Assembly: GCF_028641065.1 (NCBI RefSeq)
Contig: NC_073393.1
Coordinates: 19,840,001-19,904,000, forward strand
Reading direction: 5' to 3'
Source: Leucoraja erinacea
Lineage: Eukaryota
Length of the DNA stretch: 64,000 nt
Below the pieces are notes generated by a model that saw only the letters and a list, made by a program, of their open reading frames with translations, did no database searches and had not been told where the DNA came from. Position numbers and translations under genes: made by a program. The first letter of the stretch is position 1. The number at the start of each line of letters is the position of its first letter. Below, one piece after another: positions 60,288 to 64,000 of this stretch.

Positions 60288-61518
60288 ATCACAGTTGAAT
60301 GGAATTTCAAGATGTAACTGAGTGCTTCGTTCGTAGCTTTGTCTAATTGCAATTAACAAAATGCACTCAAAAAGGGGGGAAATCTAATAGAAACGGCAGA
60401 ATTGAGGGCCTTTGCTTTAGTTTAATTTACTTTTCGTGAATAAGCGAGGCTATAATCCATAATACACCACTAACTGAAATTCAGGTGGTGATTAAAGGGC
60501 ACAATCTTGAATCTCTCTCGTGCTTCAGATAAAGGTGCTGTCATATTGCTTCGTGTAGAAGCTTGGGGGATTTGGACCCAACGAGGAGGGAGGACTGGCA
60601 ACCAATTTCTAAGTAAAGAACGTGTATGACTCGGAGAGGAACCTACACGTGGCAGTGATCCCATTCAAACTTTGTTCTCTAGGAGTGGAGATCAAAAGAT
60701 TGCTTTGCGCTTATGCAATGGATGGGATGAATAGCTGCAGTGTACGTAGTAAATAGTACACTGGTGAAGGGAATAACTGCTTACGGTAGCTGGGTTGGTA
60801 ACCAAATGCACCGATTTGACCTGCATGGTGTCAGTTGTCTGGAATTGGAACATTTGCTGGAACTGCACTCAGCTGGCCAGATGAAAGTCATTCTATCACA
60901 TGCTCAAATTATGCTTTGACGATGAGAAACTGTTTCGGAGTCAGTTATTGGAGTAGCTTTTCGCAGGATACACCGCCTACTCTTGCAGCTCTACTATTTA
61001 TGAGGCTAATCCTCGTGCATTTGTGATCTATGATAAGTACTAAAGAGTTGATGTTGGAGGATTCAGTGACCGCAATGCCACTGATGTTCAGGGTAATCGG
61101 TTGGACTAAACATTTTGTGGTGTCATCCAACACCTTTAGTCTATCCGGTCGTGAAATTGCCAACAGGGATGGACTATTTGAATTTCTGAGAATTTGCAAG
61201 CGGAACGGAATAACACCCCAGATGTGATTTAAGATGGACGGGAGGTCATTTATGAGCCATTCAACATGTATGAGCCTACGATACAGCCCAGAATATTTCC
61301 CATGGTGATGGTAACGCTCTCGGATAGTTAATCTGGAGCAATAACAACCAGTGCACCGCATGATTCCAGTTATACAGAACCCAATTATACTGTAATTGGA
61401 ATATACCCGTGATAGAAATAGTGCAGGGAACATTCGCCTGATTGATCTTTGCGGTTTTGCTACATGGGGAGATGTTAGGAACATATATTGGAGAAGAGAG
61501 AATAAAGGATGGTCACAA

Positions 61519-61791
61519 NNNNNNNNNNNNNNNNNNNNNNNNNNNNNNNNNNNNNNNNNNNNNNNNNNNNNNNNNNNNNNNNNNNNNNNNNNNNNNNNNN
61601 NNNNNNNNNNNNNNNNNNNNNNNNNNNNNNNNNNNNNNNNNNNNNNNNNNNNNNNNNNNNNNNNNNNNNNNNNNNNNNNNNNNNNNNNNNNNNNNNNNNN
61701 NNNNNNNNNNNNNNNNNNNNNNNNNNNNNNNNNNNNNNNNNNNNNNNNNNNNNNNNNNNNNNNNNNNNNNNNNNNNNNNNNNNNNNNNNNN
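61519..61791. other. Assembly gap (273 N)
   Basis: Run of n. Confidence 1.
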
Positions 61792-62751
61792 GATAACTGA
61801 CAACCCAGACACAATGAATAATCTGACAAGATATGATGTCATTATTATATTAGGGAAGCAATGCATTTGGGATTACTGCATGGTAAGTTTTTTATGTACA
61901 GTGTAGTGTGTTTGATATCTGTAACATACTGTCAGGGGAAGTGCTAGAATCAGATACAATTGCAATGTTTAAATGGCTTTTATATAGATACATCCACAGG
62001 CAATAGTTTCCAAAACTGGTCATAAGTATAGATGGGCATAAGCTCGGTATTATGTCCTTGGCAGAAGGATCTATTTTTGCGCTGTCCGACTCTTTGACTG
62101 CAAAGCACACGAGATAAAGATTAGTGGTAATATTTCAACACTGCAGTAGAGACACTAGAAGGCATTCCTGATGCTATTGTTTATTTTTGTTTAAGTTCTG
62201 GGCATTAGCCTGAGTGTGGACGCTGATATTGCTTTGCTCACACTGCCTGGGGGGTTCGATGATTGATAGCATACTTCTCCACATATGCTCATTGTCTGTT
62301 GTAGGTCGATCAATTCTCAAATCACGGCTTTATGGAAAATAATTTGGGGGGGGGGGGGGGGGGGTGGAAGCCTGGTTCAAGGCCTTGTCTTTACTTCAAA
62401 GCCTGTGCTGTCACATCTAAAATGGATCTAAATATCACCATTATTATTTGACTTAATTCAGAAATAACATCAGGTAACGAGTTGGATTGCATTTACTGCA
62501 GAATTCTTAAGACTCCTCAGTGACAGTGGTCGGATGTTTTGCAATGCCCGGGCATCCCAGCTGCTGAAGGGGACTTTTGGGAGGTGATGTGCAGCACAGT
62601 GACTGAAAATATTGAGAAAGTTGCTGGGGTTACCACGCAATCTTTCTGGGTTTGGTGCTCTTATGAATGTTAGATTTGTGGGTTTCATTTTGTAGGTAAT
62701 GTAAACTGGGGACCATTTGCAAGGGTAGTTAAAACTGAAAATAACTTCGTT

Positions 62752-63118
62752 CAAGTGAGTTTATTGTCATGTGTCCCTGTATAGGACAATGAAATTCTTG
62801 CTTTGCTTAAGCACACAGTAAAAAAATAGTAGGCATTTACCACACAACAGATAAATGTGTCCATATACCCTGATATAAATATATACACACATGAATAAAT
62901 AAACTGGTAAAGTGCAAATAACAGAAAGTGGTTAATAATAATCAGAATTTTGTCCAAGCCAGGTTTAATAGCCTGATGGCTGAGGGGAAGTAGCTATTCC
63001 TGAACCTGGTTGTTGCAGTCTTCAGGCTCCTGTACCTTCTACCTGAAGGTAGCAGGGAGATGAGTGCGTGGCCAGGATGGTGTGGGTCTTTGATGATACT
63101 GCCAGCCTTTTTGAGGCA
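62752..63118 (-). mobile_element. Rex1/Babar-type LINE 3' end
   Basis: CLKKAGSIIKDPHHPGHALISLLPSGRRYRSLKTATTRFRNSYFPSAIRLLN. Confidence 0.88.
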
Positions 63119-63230
63119 TTTCCTCATTAATAGTTGTCGTGTAGCTCTTGAAGTAGAAGTGTTTGAGGACTGTTCTCATTATTTTCTCTGCGGCATGTAT
63201 TAGGGAGCCCCGCGTATTCCATTACATGAA

Positions 63231-64000
63231 ATGAAAGAGATTAGTTAAAACAAATGTAGGTCCCTTGCAGTCAGAAACAAGTGAGTTGGTCATGGGGAAC
63301 AAGGATATGGCGGACCAATTGAATAACTACTTTGGTTCCGTCTTCACTAAGGAAGACATAAATAATTTGCCGGAATTAGCAGGGGACCGCGGGTGAAAGG
63401 AGTTGGAGGAATTGAGTGAAATCCAGGTTAGCCGGGAAGTGGTGTTGGGTAAATTGAATGGATTAAAGGCCGATAAATCCCCAGGGCCAGATAGGCTGCA
63501 TCCCAGAGTACTTAAGGAAGTAGCTCCAGAAATAGTGGATGCATTAGTAATAATCTTTCAAAACTCTTTAGATTCTGGAGTAGTTCCTGAAGATTGGCGG
63601 GTAGCAAACGTAACCCCACTTTTTAAGAAGGGAGGGAGAGAGAAAATGGGGAATTACAGACCAGTTAGTCTAACATCGGTAGTGGGGAAACTGCTAGAGT
63701 CAGTTATTAAAGATGGGATAGCAGCAAACTTGGAAAGTGGTGAAATCATTGGACAAAGTCAGCATGGATTTATGAAAGGTAAATCATGTCTGACGAATTT
63801 TATAGAAATTTTCGAGGATGTAACTAGTAGCGTGGATAGGGGAGAACCAATGGATGTGGTGTATCTGGACTTCCAGAAGGCTTTCGACAAGGTTCCACAT
63901 AAGAGATTAGTATACAAACTTAAAGCACACGGCATTGGGGGTTCAGTATTGATGTGGATAGGGAACTGGCTGGCAAACAGGAAGCAAAGAGTAGGAGTAA
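63231..64000 (+). mobile_element. CR1 LINE, runs off the window end
   Basis: KSPGPDRLHPRVLKE, WRVANVTPLFKKG, NYRPVSLTS, YLDFQKAFDKVPH; contains in-frame stop(s). Confidence 0.92.

Noticed and set aside
61853-61887. Strong donor ATG|GTAAGT just after the gap
   Set aside because: No convincing reading frame or partner exon is present, and the adjacent gap prevents evaluation.
60945-61906. ORFs of 95-294 aa
   Set aside because: They are open only because they cross the N gap.

Overview
Repeat-dense vertebrate genomic DNA, almost certainly from a cartilaginous fish (probably a skate or ray). This is inferred from HE1-type tRNA-derived SINEs and from the CR1, Rex1/Babar, L1 and Penelope-like families present. 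There is one clearly supportable host gene: a six-exon plus-strand immunoglobulin-superfamily receptor (ATG 49841, stop 60287, 319 aa as I spliced it by hand). Its exons encode a leader, a germline-joined VJ-type V domain (no RSS seen), one C1-set domain, an uncharged TM segment and a cytoplasmic tail with an ITIM-like (IVYSDF) and an ITSM (TIYTQV) motif, so it looks like a non-rearranging antigen-receptor-like inhibitory receptor. The ORF track shows it only in pieces. The rest is mostly nested transposon debris: a Harbinger-like element carrying a decayed intron-containing gene, a fold-back ISL2EU-like element with two inverted THAP remnants, and a non-autonomous Helitron holding a three-element CR1/L1/CR1 stack. 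There are also Penelope-derived short elements with minimal hammerhead-ribozyme cores, a small structured (AAG)n-tailed retroelement, several local duplications, a 2-kb polypyrimidine tract and a 273-bp N gap. Repeat boundaries are approximate unless a TSD or TIR is quoted.
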